Shown: positions 1 through 11,240 of the stretch, in pieces | How positions within the stretch are numbered: the first letter of the stretch is position 1 | Layout of the letters: the number at the start of each line of letters is the position of its first letter | Assembly (NCBI GenBank): GCA_032718475.1 | Contig: JAUCBJ010001565.1 | Location: forward strand, 1-35,213 | From: Nemertoderma westbladi | Lineage: Eukaryota; Animalia; Xenacoelomorpha | Reading direction: 5' to 3' | DNA length: 35,213 nt | The notes under the pieces: model-generated | The model's input: the letters and a program-made list of their open reading frames with translations, nothing else | Database searches by the model: none | Told to the model about the DNA's origin: nothing | Program-made: the position numbers and the translations under genes

Positions 1-1075
1 CTTTAATGGGTAACTCACCTTCCCTCCAGCTCCTAGAAGGCCCCTGAGTCATCCTTTAACGGGTAACTCACCTTCCCTCCAGCTCCTAGAAGGCCCCTGC
101 ATCATCCTTTAATGGGTAACTCACCTTCCCTCCAGCTCCTAGAAGACCCCTGAGTCATCCTTTAACGGGTAACTCACCTTCCCTCCAGCTCCTAGAAGGC
201 CCCTGCATCATCCTTTAATGGGTAACTCACCTTCCCTCCAGCTCCTAGAAGGCCCCTGCATCATCCTTTAATGGGTAACTCACCTTCCCTCCAGCTCCTA
301 GAAGGCCCCTGAGTCATCCTTTAACGGGTAACTCACCTTCCCTCCAGCTCCTGGAAGGCCCCTGCGTCATCCTTTAACGGGTAACTCACCTTCCCTCCAG
401 CTCCTAGAAGGCCCCTGCATCATCCTTTAATGGGTAACTCACCTTCCCTCCAGCTCCTAGAAGGCCCCTGAGTCATCCTTTAACGGGTAACTCACCTTCC
501 CTCCAGCTCCTAGAAGGCCCCTGCATCATCCTTTAACGGGTAACTCACCTTCCCTCCAGCTCCTAGAAGGCCCTTGCGTCATCCTTTCACGGGTAACTCA
601 CCTTCCCTCCAGCTCCTAGAAGGCCCTTGCGTCATTCTTTAACGGGTAACTCACCTTCCCTCCAGCTCCTAGAAGGCCCTTGCGTCATCCTATAATGGGT
701 GACTCACCTTCCCTCCAGCTCCTTGAAGGCCCCTGCGTCATCCTTTAACGGGTAACTCACCTTCCCTCCAGCTCCTAGAAGGCCCTTGCGTCATCCTTTC
801 ACGGGTAACTCACCTTCCCTCCAGCTCCTAGAAGGCCCTTGCGTCATTCTTTAACGGGTAACTCACCTTCCCTCCAGCTCCTGGAAGGCCCCTGCGTTAT
901 CCTTTAATGGGTAACTCACCTTCCCTCCAGCTCCTAGAAGGCCCTTGCGTCATCCTTTAACGGGTAACTCACCTTCCCTCCAGCTCCTATAAGGCCCTTG
1001 CGTCATCCTTTAACGGGTAACTCACCTTCCCTCCAGCTCCTGGAAGGCCCCTGCGTCATCCTTTAACGGGTAACT
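1..1075 (-). repeat. 53-bp tandem array made of the last 50 nt of the L1-family TM exon plus intron bases GTG; every unit contains a GAAG|GTGAGT donor; runs off the left window edge
   Basis: ACTCACCT (reverse complement of AG|GTGAGT) recurs at 13, 66, ... 1020 with a 53-bp period (20 copies). The last copy (1023-1075) contains the coding exon end. Confidence 0.97.
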
Positions 1076-1225
1076 TTCGGCATCATTGGGCCGATATTTG
1101 TTCTCTCGATCCATCAGAGGATATTTACCGCCGCGGTTTCGCCGCACCAAACAAATTATTAGAATTATGAGGATCAAAAGTACCAGAATAATGATGAGAG
1201 CGATAAACCATGTTTGACCACCTTC
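1026..1225 (-). CDS. Nrg: Exon of an L1CAM/neuroglian-family cell adhesion molecule: transmembrane helix and start of the cytoplasmic tail
   Basis: EGGQTWFIALIIILVLLILIILIICLVRRNRGGKYPLMDRE...KDDAGAFQELEG matches the L1-family WFI-(TM)-C..KRNRGGKY signature. Acceptor TTTTTTTCTTTCAG ends at 1226; donor GTGAGT starts at 1025. Exon starts in phase 0. Confidence 0.88.
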
Positions 1226-2445
1226 CTGAAAGAAAAAAATGGTTAACATAATAATTATAATTACTTACTAAATTCATCTAACTAATAGTGCAAAACCTTA
1301 CTGGTAGATTGTAGGTGTGTACAAGATGAAGTGGGCCTTCGTGCGGCACGTGATATAAACATAATATTGGGCCTACAGACAAAAAAAAAACAAGAAAACT
1401 TATCCTAATCTCTGATAACAGCAGATGGTTTAAAATCTCAGAAAATAACTCAGTCTGCAGTCTAAAATTATGTCAGGTATCAATAATCAGGTCGAAAGGA
1501 TTATAGGGATAGGTGGAATTTGTGACAATACCTAAAAACGGTGACAACAGTCAGCCACAGTCAAAAAATATGGTTGACCATTATCAAAAATGGCCATAAA
1601 CAATGTGAATAATAGTAGATCGCAGTGCTACAAGTAATTCTGCCAAGATTCAGCTCCACATATCGCCGGCAAGTCATTGGAAAACAGCCAAATGTCTGGT
1701 GACAACACACAAAATGTACGGACAACACTCTAAATTATGAATTCAGTATTCTGCAATACAGGTAGAGGTAGATTAATACTTTAATACACCAGGCCAGACA
1801 CCATTCTGCCTGTCATTTTTTTTATACTGAATGTAACTCGCTGGTTCGCAAGCTTAGCCTACGGCTGTTGCTGGTACGGGTAGGCGTATCACTATTTAAA
1901 CCTTGGCCTATAATTAATACCACCGATGAATGCCGGAATGTTTATTAGCCTTCAAACATTCCGCGACAGATCGACCAACAGACGGAAGGACGGACAAGTG
2001 TTGAAAGAAATCCATAAACTACACGAAGTGGGGCCTTCGCGCAGCACGTGACTTAAATTTAATTTAAGTACTAATTCGAAAGTATTACTGTATTAGGATA
2101 TTATTGGAATGTGGTGTGGAATGTTAGGAATGTATATGAATCAGCAGTCCGGTAGAGGTTTACATATTTAAAAGAACTGCCGAAATATAAGTTATATGAG
2201 TATTATTTGTTATGATTTCTACCATTATATTCTTCCACGCAAAGTTCCTAGTCCTATAGGTCCAATCAAAACATTCTGTATATTGCCAATGGTTCAACGT
2301 AATCAAAGAGACGACGCTAGACACGCACGCAGCCAATCCCAGTGAAAAATGCACGCAAATAAGTAGTCATAAGTGATAATTCTAGAAAGGCTTTTCTGCG
2401 AATGTAGGCTATTGTGTAATTCATTTCAGTACCGGTCTGCCTAAC

Positions 2446-2690
2446 TGTCTGCACCAGGTGTCTGCACCAGGTGTCTGCACCAGGTGTCTGCACCAGGTGT
2501 CTGCACTAGGTGTCTGCACCAGGTGTCTGCACCAGGTGTCTGCACCCACCAGGTGTCTGCACCAGGTGTCTGCACCAGGTGTCTGCACCAGGTGTCTGCA
2601 CCAGGTGTCTGCACCAGGTGTCTGCACCAGGTGTCTGCACCAGTTGTCTGCACCAGGTGTCTGCACCAGGTGTCTGCACCAGGTGTCTGC
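2446..2690. repeat. 13-bp minisatellite (TGTCTGCACCAGG)n, about 19 copies
   Basis: Directly visible; it accounts for the overlapping repetitive ORFs at 2421-2753. Confidence 0.97.
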
Positions 2691-2819
2691 TTAACGTTTA
2701 CACCCCAATTCCGCTTGGTTTATATCTTGATTATCAATAAAATAGTAACGTGAAATATTTATGGAGCGTATATTTGAGAATGTTGAAATAATGCGTTTAG
2801 TAGTGTGACCAGCGTCTTG

Positions 2820-3541
2820 AATTTCCGCTTACCTCTAGCGGCAGACTGGAGAAATGCAGATCGACCACCTTCCTCAGAAAGACGCAGCATGTGCTCTAGT
2901 ACATATGCCAATATTCACTTTAAATAAATTAATATCAAGGAATTGGGGACAGTTATACATTTCGCCCTCTAGCGGCAGACTGGAGGACTCCAGACCGTTT
3001 ACTGCCCACCAAAGACTCAGGCCGACTTCTACTACATATCTGCTACGTTTCAGCTTGAACGGATCATAAATAACGAGATGGGAGAAAGATTTCACTTTCA
3101 AACATTTCGCCCTCTAGCGGCAGACTGAAGAACTGCACACGGATTAGCCTTCAATTCAATTCAATTCAATTCCTTCTTTCAAAGTCACAGCTAATGGTCT
3201 AGTACATATCTGCCAAATTTCAGCATAAATGGATTAAAAGCAAAGAAATGGGAGGACATTTAACGTTTAGACATGTGGCCCTCTAGCAGGAGACTATTGC
3301 TCTGATGGTGTCTGAAAGTCTCTCAAACGTCTCAACTTTAGCTCATATTGATACCTACAAATTTTCAACTTGGCAGCTTTAAATCCGACAAAGTTATTAG
3401 CATGTCAAAATCGTAACGACGACGACGACGACGACAACGACGACGACGACGACGACAACTATTTGCATAAATTGACCCACCCCCTAACAGTGTCAATTCG
3501 CTAAGGCTCCGCCAACTTCGTGGCTCGCCCCACATAATAAT
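2820..3541 (-). mobile_element. Probable Helentron-associated (HINE/DINE-1-like) non-autonomous element nested in the MULE
   Basis: On the minus strand: TATTATTA start, short GC-rich inverted repeat (~3505-3532), (GTC)n microsatellite (3416-3458), then four degenerate ~135-170-bp subrepeats marked by CCTCTAGCGGCAGACT (near 2832, 2966, 3111, 3281). Confidence 0.55.
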
Positions 3542-4979
3542 ACTGTAGGCCTATCTGGTAAGCAGTATTGCTGTATTGCAGAATACTGAATTCATAATTT
3601 AGAGTGTTGTCCGTACATTTTGTGTGTTGTCAACAGACATTTGACTGTTTTCCTACGACTTGCCGGCGATATGCGGAACTGAAACTTGGCAGAATTACTT
3701 TTAGGGCTGCGATCTACTATTATTCACATTGTTTATGGCCATTTTTGATAATGGTCAACCATTTTTTTTACTGTGGCTGACTGTTGTCACCGTTTTTAGG
3801 TATTGTCACAAATTCCACCTATCCGGATTATAGGGCAACAACAATAATAGATAGAAATAATAAATAGCAGAAGGTTTTTCATTTCAGACATTTCGCTCTC
3901 TTAGCGGTAGACTGTAGAACTGCAGATGGTTTAGCGTCCCCACGAAGACGAAGCAAGGGGTCTAGTAAATATCTTCCACAGATTATCCTTTACAGATTAT
4001 AAACTCCGAACCGGCAGGTTGGGCTCCTATTGGGCCGAGTTGGTGTCGCGAATTCCATCATATGGTGGATGTTGAGAAGCCAGAGACATTCGATCCTGTT
4101 CCGATTCGTTCAGTTGCTGCCAATGTTCCTGCCATTGGGGCTCGGTTTGAATCCACTGCGTGTTGAGTCCACTGGATGCCAGCTAGTGTTGGGGGACTTT
4201 GGATATGGCTGTATGTCATATAAGGATGCTGGAGGTTGTTCAGCTGGCTCTGGGCTGACACTATTGCTTAGACAGGGGCCTATCATATAAAGCAGTACCA
4301 AGTACAGCTTGCAAGTTGGCTTATTACTAGGCCAGTAGCGAAAAGCAGCGGGTAGAAAGTAGCCATCAGTAGCGAGTGAACAGTGGGAAAGTAGTGAGTA
4401 AATTGTTAAAACAGAAAGTAACTTAAGAAAATGTTTCATGTCGATTTTTTTGTAACTCGCGCATTTTATTAATTTACTTTCTACTTTCCTCTACAACATG
4501 TCCTGCAAAGCATATCCCAAATATACAGTTGCTGTTTAAATTGAGTAAATGAACCCCCCTAATTTTTCTTTAAATTATAATGAGATTGCATGAAATTGAA
4601 ACGGAGATAGTTTGACAACCCGACTTTTTTCTGGATTATTCCAAATTCCTATCTTCGCAAAAAATATCAGAATCAGAGCTGGAAAAGTATTTTTTTTCTT
4701 CAAATGTTAAGGTCAAGTTAAAAGTATCATTTTATTAAATCCAAAAAGCAAATGTACCGGTGGTTCAGTGCAGTACTGCAATATTAAATGTCTTGTATTA
4801 TAGTGTCTTAATTCAGTGCCTTCCCCCGATCCCTAATCTATATTTGATCGCATGAAATTTGAAACAGAGATAGTTTCACCTCCCTCCTCCTTCGCGGGTG
4901 AGCAAGAATTTATATTTTAGTTTTCAATCTTAAGCTAAAAGCGTTTAAATAGGTTTCTCCTTCGATACTGCACCAGTTC

Positions 4980-5171
4980 GGCACTGGTTCGATATGGGTC
5001 ACCCATTTTTTTTATATAAATATAAATCATTTATAGGTACTTTATAAGAGTTTTTGCACATTAATAAATATAATTAATATATATAATATTTATGTATTAT
5101 ATATATATTATATATTTTATAGGTGAGTTTGTAAAATTTCCAAATTGGGTGACCCATATCGAACCAGTGCC
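4980..5171. mobile_element. 192-bp MITE with ~26-bp TIRs and an 8-bp TSD
   Basis: GGCACTGGTTCGATATGGGTCACCCA ... TGGGTGACCCATATCGAACCAGTGCC; ACCAGTTC at 4972-4979 and 5172-5179; very AT-rich interior. Confidence 0.88.
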
Positions 5172-5653
5172 ACCAGTTCCACGTCCACCGCAGTCATTAT
5201 TCATTTATTCAACCTCATAACTAGATAAGTCATTTATCAGATAGCAAGCCAGCATAGCCAACTATATACAAAGCCATATAGCCAGGATGAATAATTTAAT
5301 TTTAATTGTAATTCTAGTGAAAAAATGAAAGATGTAAGTATTAATCTGAAATTAAAAAGTAAAATACTTTTCAAGCTCTGCTCTGAATTCAATCGTTTGG
5401 AAAATTATCGTCAGTCGATATAGCACTAATCGTACCACAGGATCTATCCATTGTTCTTGTATCTCTGGTGGATGGGTTGTATTGCGATGGGTAAGATTGG
5501 CTACAGATGGATGGGTAGTATTGAGAGGAATCCAGATCTGTAAATATTCCGAATTTCAATATCACTATATTCACTATAAATTAAATAAATAACTTATTTA
5601 ATTAATATTTAATTAATTTATATTGGTAGACAGACCCCTTGTCAGCCGCATAA

Positions 5654-5832
5654 GGCAGCGTTCACACTACCGAGTCAAAGTCAAAGTCAAAAGACAAAAT
5701 GTAAATCACAAAACATGAAATTTATTTTTTTCTAGAATCCCCTGATGTATTATTATTTATTATTGCTAGCTAACTATATTTATTTTATTTTGACTTTTAC
5801 TTTGACTTTGACTCGGTAGTGTGAACGCGGCC
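5654..5832. mobile_element. PIF/Harbinger (Tourist-like) MITE
   Basis: TIRs GGC(A/C)GCGTTCACACTACCGAGTCAAAGTCAAAGT at both ends; TAA TSD at 5651-5653 and 5833-5835. Confidence 0.85.
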
Positions 5833-6054
5833 TAACAGTTGTTTCAATAAAAAAAAATAGGAAATATGTTCGAAATCGAAAGTTGAATGGTTTTCCTATT
5901 TGTAAGACTTTACTATCAAACCATTCAAGAACACCATAAAAATAAAGAATAAAAATGCGATATTCAAGAATACGGAAACTATAATACCGCCGTTAACAGC
6001 TAATACTCATCGCAATCAATTATGTCCGTTTAAACGGAAAGTATTACTACAGTA

Positions 6055-7850
6055 CACCATGATCCGTAATACAGTGTCATTTTCTGATGACACGGGCCCC
6101 CCAGATTTTTCTACAAATCTTTACCATATTGCTTTAACTTTGAAACACAACTAGTTCCACTCACCGTCGTTGACCCCATGAAGCCGGAATTTTCGATTTT
6201 GCCCTTTAACTATTTTTTATAAGCGTTTTAAAAAAGTGTTTTTTTGCGAAATCGCACCCTCCGTGACGTGGCCATTCTCCACATTACCTCCGTGACGTGG
6301 CCATTCTCCACATTAGTCGTAATTTTATTCTATTCTAATTAATTTTATAGTTTCACCTCCTTCCTCCTCCGTGGGTGAGCCAGAATTTTTATTTTTGCTT
6401 TCATTCTTTAGCTACAAGCGTTTAAAAAAAGTGTCTCCGTCGATATTGCTTGCACCAGTTACACCGCAGTTATTCTTCAAACATTTAGTGATTTGTTGGT
6501 ACTAGACAGCTGACCGTGCAAGGATTCCAAATATGTAAAAACATTTGAATTTTGTTGGGAAATAGCTGAGATGAGGGCATTTTAATTTCGCATGTATTAG
6601 CTTCCACTGCAGGCCATTTATTCTATTAAATAAATACACAATGTTCTAGAACATTTTGATTATGTATGAATATCCATATACTAGTATTATCATGTAGGCA
6701 TTGCATTGTTGCCAAACTACTGAGATAAACAAAATGTTCTAGAACATTGTGTATTTATTAAGTAGAATAAATGGCCTGCAGCGGAAGCAAATACATGCAA
6801 AATTCGAACGCCAATAACTCAGCTATTTCCCAACCAAATTCACATATTTTTACATATTTGGAATCCTTGCACGGTCAGCTTTCTACTAGTACCAACAAAT
6901 CACTAAATGTTTCAAGAATAACTGCGGTGTAACTGGTGCAATATCGACGAGGACACTTTTTTTTAAACGCTTGTAGCTAAAGAATGAAAGCAAAAATAAA
7001 AATTCTGGCTCACCCAGCAAGGAGGAGGACACTATATTCCACTGAATAACGACACTATATTCCAGGACATGGTGTATAAATTTCGTTGAGAAACATCAGT
7101 CTTTGAAAGCCTATATCTCAGCTGTTTCTCAACGAAATTCATAATATTGTGTTACATAATTCGAATCCTTGTAACGCAATCTTTCTAATGATATGAAAAG
7201 AATACGACTAATGTGAAGAATGGCCGCGACATGGAGGTGCGATGTCGCAAGACACTTTTTTAAAACGCTTATAAAAATATTTTTTAGGCTATCAAAGATA
7301 GCAATAATTATTGTTCGGTGTAGGCAATTTTTTCTATTTAATAAATACACAATATTCTAGAACGTGTTATTTATTTTATGAGTTGGTAGGCAACAGCGGT
7401 TTTCATATCCAATATATCTATTGCGTAGCTATTCATACATAAACAAAATGTTCCAGAACATCGTGTATTTATTAAATAGAATAAATGGCCTTCAGCAAAG
7501 GATAATTCTTGCAATCTTTGAACGCCTGTATCTCAGCTATTTCTCAACGAAATTCAGATATTGTTACATATTTTTGGACTCCTTGCAACGCAAGCTTTTT
7601 AATGATATGGAATAATTACGACTAATGTGAAGAATAGCCACGATGCGGAGGGTGCAATTTCGCAAAACACTTTTTTAAAACTCTTATTAAAATTTAAAGG
7701 CAAAATTGAAAATTCCGGCTTCATGGGGTCAACGACGGTGAGTTGAACTATTTGTGTTTCAAACTTCAAACAATGTGATAAAGATTTGTATAAAAATCTG
7801 GGGGGGGACCCGTGTCATCAGAAAATGACACTATATTACGGTTCATGGTG
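6055..7850. mobile_element. Non-autonomous long-TIR element with TA TSD (Tc1/mariner-like), containing an internal foldback
   Basis: TA|CACCATGATCCGTAATACAGTGTCATTTTCTGATGACACGG ... CCGTGTCATCAGAAAATGACACTATATTACGGTTCATGGTG|TA. Inverted similarity extends >200 bp. A second inverted pair lies at ~6360-6660 / ~6725-7030. Confidence 0.8.
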
Positions 7851-8229
7851 TAATAGGAATAGGTAGGTACTAATTAATAGGTAGGTAGGGGGTTCCGATG
7901 GGGGTGTTGGTTTGGGGGGGCGAAGGCCGCCTCTCACATTCCCAACCATCCTCGCTACGTCACTATGCATCTGAATAAGATAAATAAGCAAATGAACATG
8001 GACGAGTAATCAGTAGGCAGAGTTATGTGCAGAAGTAGGCCTACTGGTATAATATAAGCTATTGCAAAGGTAGACGAGTCTATACAGGAATATGCCACGC
8101 CATAAGTCATTTTTTTGTAATAAAAACTAGTAAAATAAATTAAATGTACATAAATTTGTAAATAAAATGGTATTAATAAATACTAGCAATAATTTGCCAT
8201 TGGTAATAAAAACTAGTAATAACTATTTA

Positions 8230-9475
8230 TTCCAAAATTGTAACATTACTCAACGCCGTTAGTATTAACAGCGAGTTGTTATTTAGCACTTTACAACTTT
8301 AGAGGACATTACAGCATTGTATTGGCCTGTACATTTAGTATTGTATTTGGTGTTAATGTCCCCTTAGTGGACATTACTTAACGCCGTCATGGGTTACCAC
8401 GTAAACAATCGGTGGAAATTTGCCTGACAGCCAGATAGGCCTACTGCATTACCTAGCGGTAGGCGGGGTATAGCTATTAATAACCAGTAGGACCTAGCTA
8501 TATTATTATAACATGGCTCCAAACGCCACCATAAATATAACCTAACTTATTTATAACATAATTTATGTCATTTTTACATTTATTTATACAGCAACTAATA
8601 TAATTTGTGCACTTTCTATCACTTATAATGTATATGCACAATCATTTCGTAATGTTAACATTTTGGAAAACTACATACATACTTGTTGCAAAGTACTTTA
8701 CAGTGTTCTGTTCCTCGTGGCTTTATTTTCACTCACTCACTAACGTTCGTTCGTGTAACAAAGCCACTCGGATCATCACACTGTAAAGTGCTACTTTACA
8801 CACAAGTATGTAAATAGTTATTACATACCTTTGTTGTAAAGTAGCAGTTACAGTAGTAACAGTAGTTGTTACAGTGTGATGATGTGTAAAGTAGCACTTT
8901 ACAGTGTGCTGATCCGAGTGGCTTTGATACACTAACTAACGTTAGTGAGTGAGTGAAAATAAAGCCACGAGTATCAGAACACTGTAAAGTACTTTGCAAC
9001 AAGTATGTATGTAGTTTTATTCCAAAATGTTAACATTACGAAATGATTGTATATATATATTATAAGTGAAAGAAACTACACAAATTATATTAGTTGCTGT
9101 ATAAAGAAATTAAAAAATGACATAAATTATGTTATAAATAAGTTAGCTTATATTTATGGTGGCGTTTGGAGCCATGTTAATAGTTTATAGCTACTGGTTA
9201 TTAATTTATACCGGTAGATAATGCAGTAGGCCTGGCTGTCAGGCAATTAATTATGAATGCCACCTATTGTTTACGTGGTAACCAATGACGCCGTAACTTT
9301 ACATCTCACCGTCATTGGTTACCACATAAACAACGGACATTACAACACTCAATACAATACTAAATGTACAGGCAAATACAATGCTGTAATGTCCTCTAAA
9401 GTTGTAAAGTGCTAAATAACAACACGCTGTTAATACTAACGGCGTTGAGTAATGTTTCAATTTGAAAATTTGGAA
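8230..9475. repeat. Large imperfect palindrome (foldback) with ~570-bp arms and ~80-bp spacer
   Basis: 8242 AACATTACTCAACGCCGTTAGTATTAACAGCG... pairs with ...CGCTGTTAATACTAACGGCGTTGAGTAATGTT 9456. The inner ends are near 8804 and 8884. Confidence 0.9.
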
Positions 9476-9892
9476 AATAAAATTGTATTAATAAATACTA
9501 GCAATAATTAATATTTATATACAATGTAAATAGGACATATGATAATGCTGTCCATAGCAAAAAATTCACTTATTCACAATTCACTTATTATTAATAATTA
9601 ATATTCTCACTCCAACAGCATATCTGCAAACCTAATATTATCAATTAAGAAAATTATTATTTATTTAAATTTATGCAATTAATTCTTTTGTTAGAAAGCA
9701 AATGGCATTAACTAGCAAATACGACACAGCAAATTGTTAGTTTTAATTTAATGAATTCAGCAAAAGCAAGCAAACAGTCGGCCGAAGCCGGAGGCGACCC
9801 GAAGGCTCCTCCTTCGATAGCTGCTACCCGAAGAGTCTCTAGTCTTCATTTAATCGACCCATATGGATGGATGGAAAGGCTGAATGGTCGAT

Positions 9893-9952
9893 GACTGGTC
9901 TCGAACCTACAACCAATAGATTGTAAGACCGGAGCCCAACCAACTAAGCTCC
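9893..9952 (-). mobile_element. Degenerate tRNA-like segment, probably a tRNA-derived SINE head
   Basis: Minus strand GGAGCTTAGTTGGTTGGGCTCCGGTCTTACAATCTATTGGTTGTAGGTTCGAGACCAG has A-box-like and B-box-like (GGTTCGAGAC) motifs at tRNA spacing, but no convincing acceptor stem. Confidence 0.45.
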
Positions 9953-9953
9953 A

Positions 9954-10912
9954 TTAGCAGGTCCGCGTAGCGAGACCTCTAGTATTCACTCCGTTAGTAG
10001 GTCCGCGTAGCGAGACCTCTAGTATTCACTCCGTTAGTAGGTCCACGTAGCGAGACCTCTAGTATTCACTCTGTTAGTAGGTCCGCGTAGCGAGACCTCT
10101 AGTATTCACTCCGTTAGTAGGTCCACGTAGCGAGACCTCTAGTATTCACTCTGTTAGTAGGTCCGCGTAGCGAGACCTCTAGTATTCACTCCGTTAGTAG
10201 GTCCACGTAGCGAGACCTCTAGTATTCACTCCGTTAGTAGGTCCACGTAGCGAGACCTCTAGTATTCACTCCGTTTTTAGGTCCGCGTAGCGAGACCTCT
10301 AGTATTCACTCCGTTAGCAGGTCAACGTAGCGAGACCTCTAGTATTCACTCCGTTAGTAGGTCCGCGTAGCGAGACCTCTAGTATTCACTCTGTTAGTAG
10401 GTCCGCGTAGCGAGACCTCTAGTATTCACTCTGTTAGTAGGTCCGCGTAGCGAGACCTCTAGTAATCACTCCGTTAGTAGGTTCGCGTAGCGAGACCTCT
10501 AGTATTCACTCCGTTAGTAGGTCCACGTAGCGAGACCTCTAGTATTCACTCCGTTAGTAGGTCCGTGTAGCGAGACCTCTAGTATTCACTCCGTTAGTAG
10601 GTCCGCGTAGCGAGACCTCTTAGTATTCACTCCATTAGGTAGGTCCGCGTATCGAGACCTCTAGTATTCACTCCGTTAGTAGGTCCACGTAGCGAGACCT
10701 CTAGTATTCACTCCGTTTTAGGTCCGTGTAGCGAGACCTCTAGTATTCACTCCGTTTTTAGGTCCGCGTAGCGAGACCTCTAGTATTCATTCCGTTAGTA
10801 GGTCCGCGTAGCGAGAACTCTAGTATTCACTCCGTTAGTAGGTCCACATAACAAGACCTCTAGTATTCACTCCGTTAGTAGGTCCGCGTAGCGAGACCTC
10901 TAGTATTCACTC
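9954..10912 (+). repeat. 40-bp tandem array (TTAGTAGGTCCGCGTAGCGAGACCTCTAGTATTCACTCCG)n, about 24 copies
   Basis: Directly visible; each unit holds a small hairpin GGTC-CGC-GTA-GCG-A-GACC followed by TCTAGT. Confidence 0.97.
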
Positions 10913-11144
10913 AGTTGTTGTTGTTGGCGGTGTTAATATCCAGTTAGCATTTAGTTTTATAAGGCTTCCTACAGCAACGTGTCAAAGTTGGAAAAGCGTG
11001 GGACTGAGAATCTCTAGGTACCGAGTTCAATCCCACCTTTCCGGTGAATTATTTTGGTAGTAAGATTGGTAAGCCATTCAAGGAGACAGTTCTTACGTTA
11101 GCGGTTAGTAGACGCGGACCTTTGCGCGATTTCGCGTTGTTTTT
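9954..11144 (+). mobile_element. HINE/Helentron-type non-autonomous element whose 5' terminus is tandemly amplified
   Basis: 5' subterminal AGGTCCGCGT, (GTT)4 at ~10914-10925, matching inverted ACGCGGACCT at 11112-11121, hairpin CGCGATTTCGCG at 11125-11136, then a T-tract. Confidence 0.6.
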
Positions 11145-11240
11145 ATAGCTATAAAACACGAGTGATAACTTTTGTCTAAATATAAACCATTAAATATATT
11201 TATAATAATGCACTAAGTCTATGATTATAGATAAACAGAC

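Larger units (their letters stand above)
1507..3824. mobile_element. Non-autonomous Mutator/MULE-like DNA transposon with ~250-bp TIRs and a 9-bp TSD
   Basis: 1507-~1760 (GGATAGGTGGAATTTGTGACAATACC...) is the reverse complement of ~3572-3824. GGATTATAG flanks both ends (1498-1506, 3825-3833). No transposase seen. Confidence 0.88.

Noticed and set aside
2421-2753. Cys/His-rich repetitive ORFs on both strands
   Set aside because: They are translations of a 13-bp minisatellite inside a transposon. Its CAGGTG motif is on the strand opposite the host gene and adjoins no exon.
4030-4439. Moderately GC-rich patch with three short ORFs
   Set aside because: No recognisable domain, and the nearest minus-strand acceptor gives a stop in the host intron phase. 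Left unassigned.
10985-11040. tRNA-like segment with GAGTTCAATCC
   Set aside because: No complete cloverleaf; at most a SINE-like relic inside the HINE-like element, so not called a tRNA gene.
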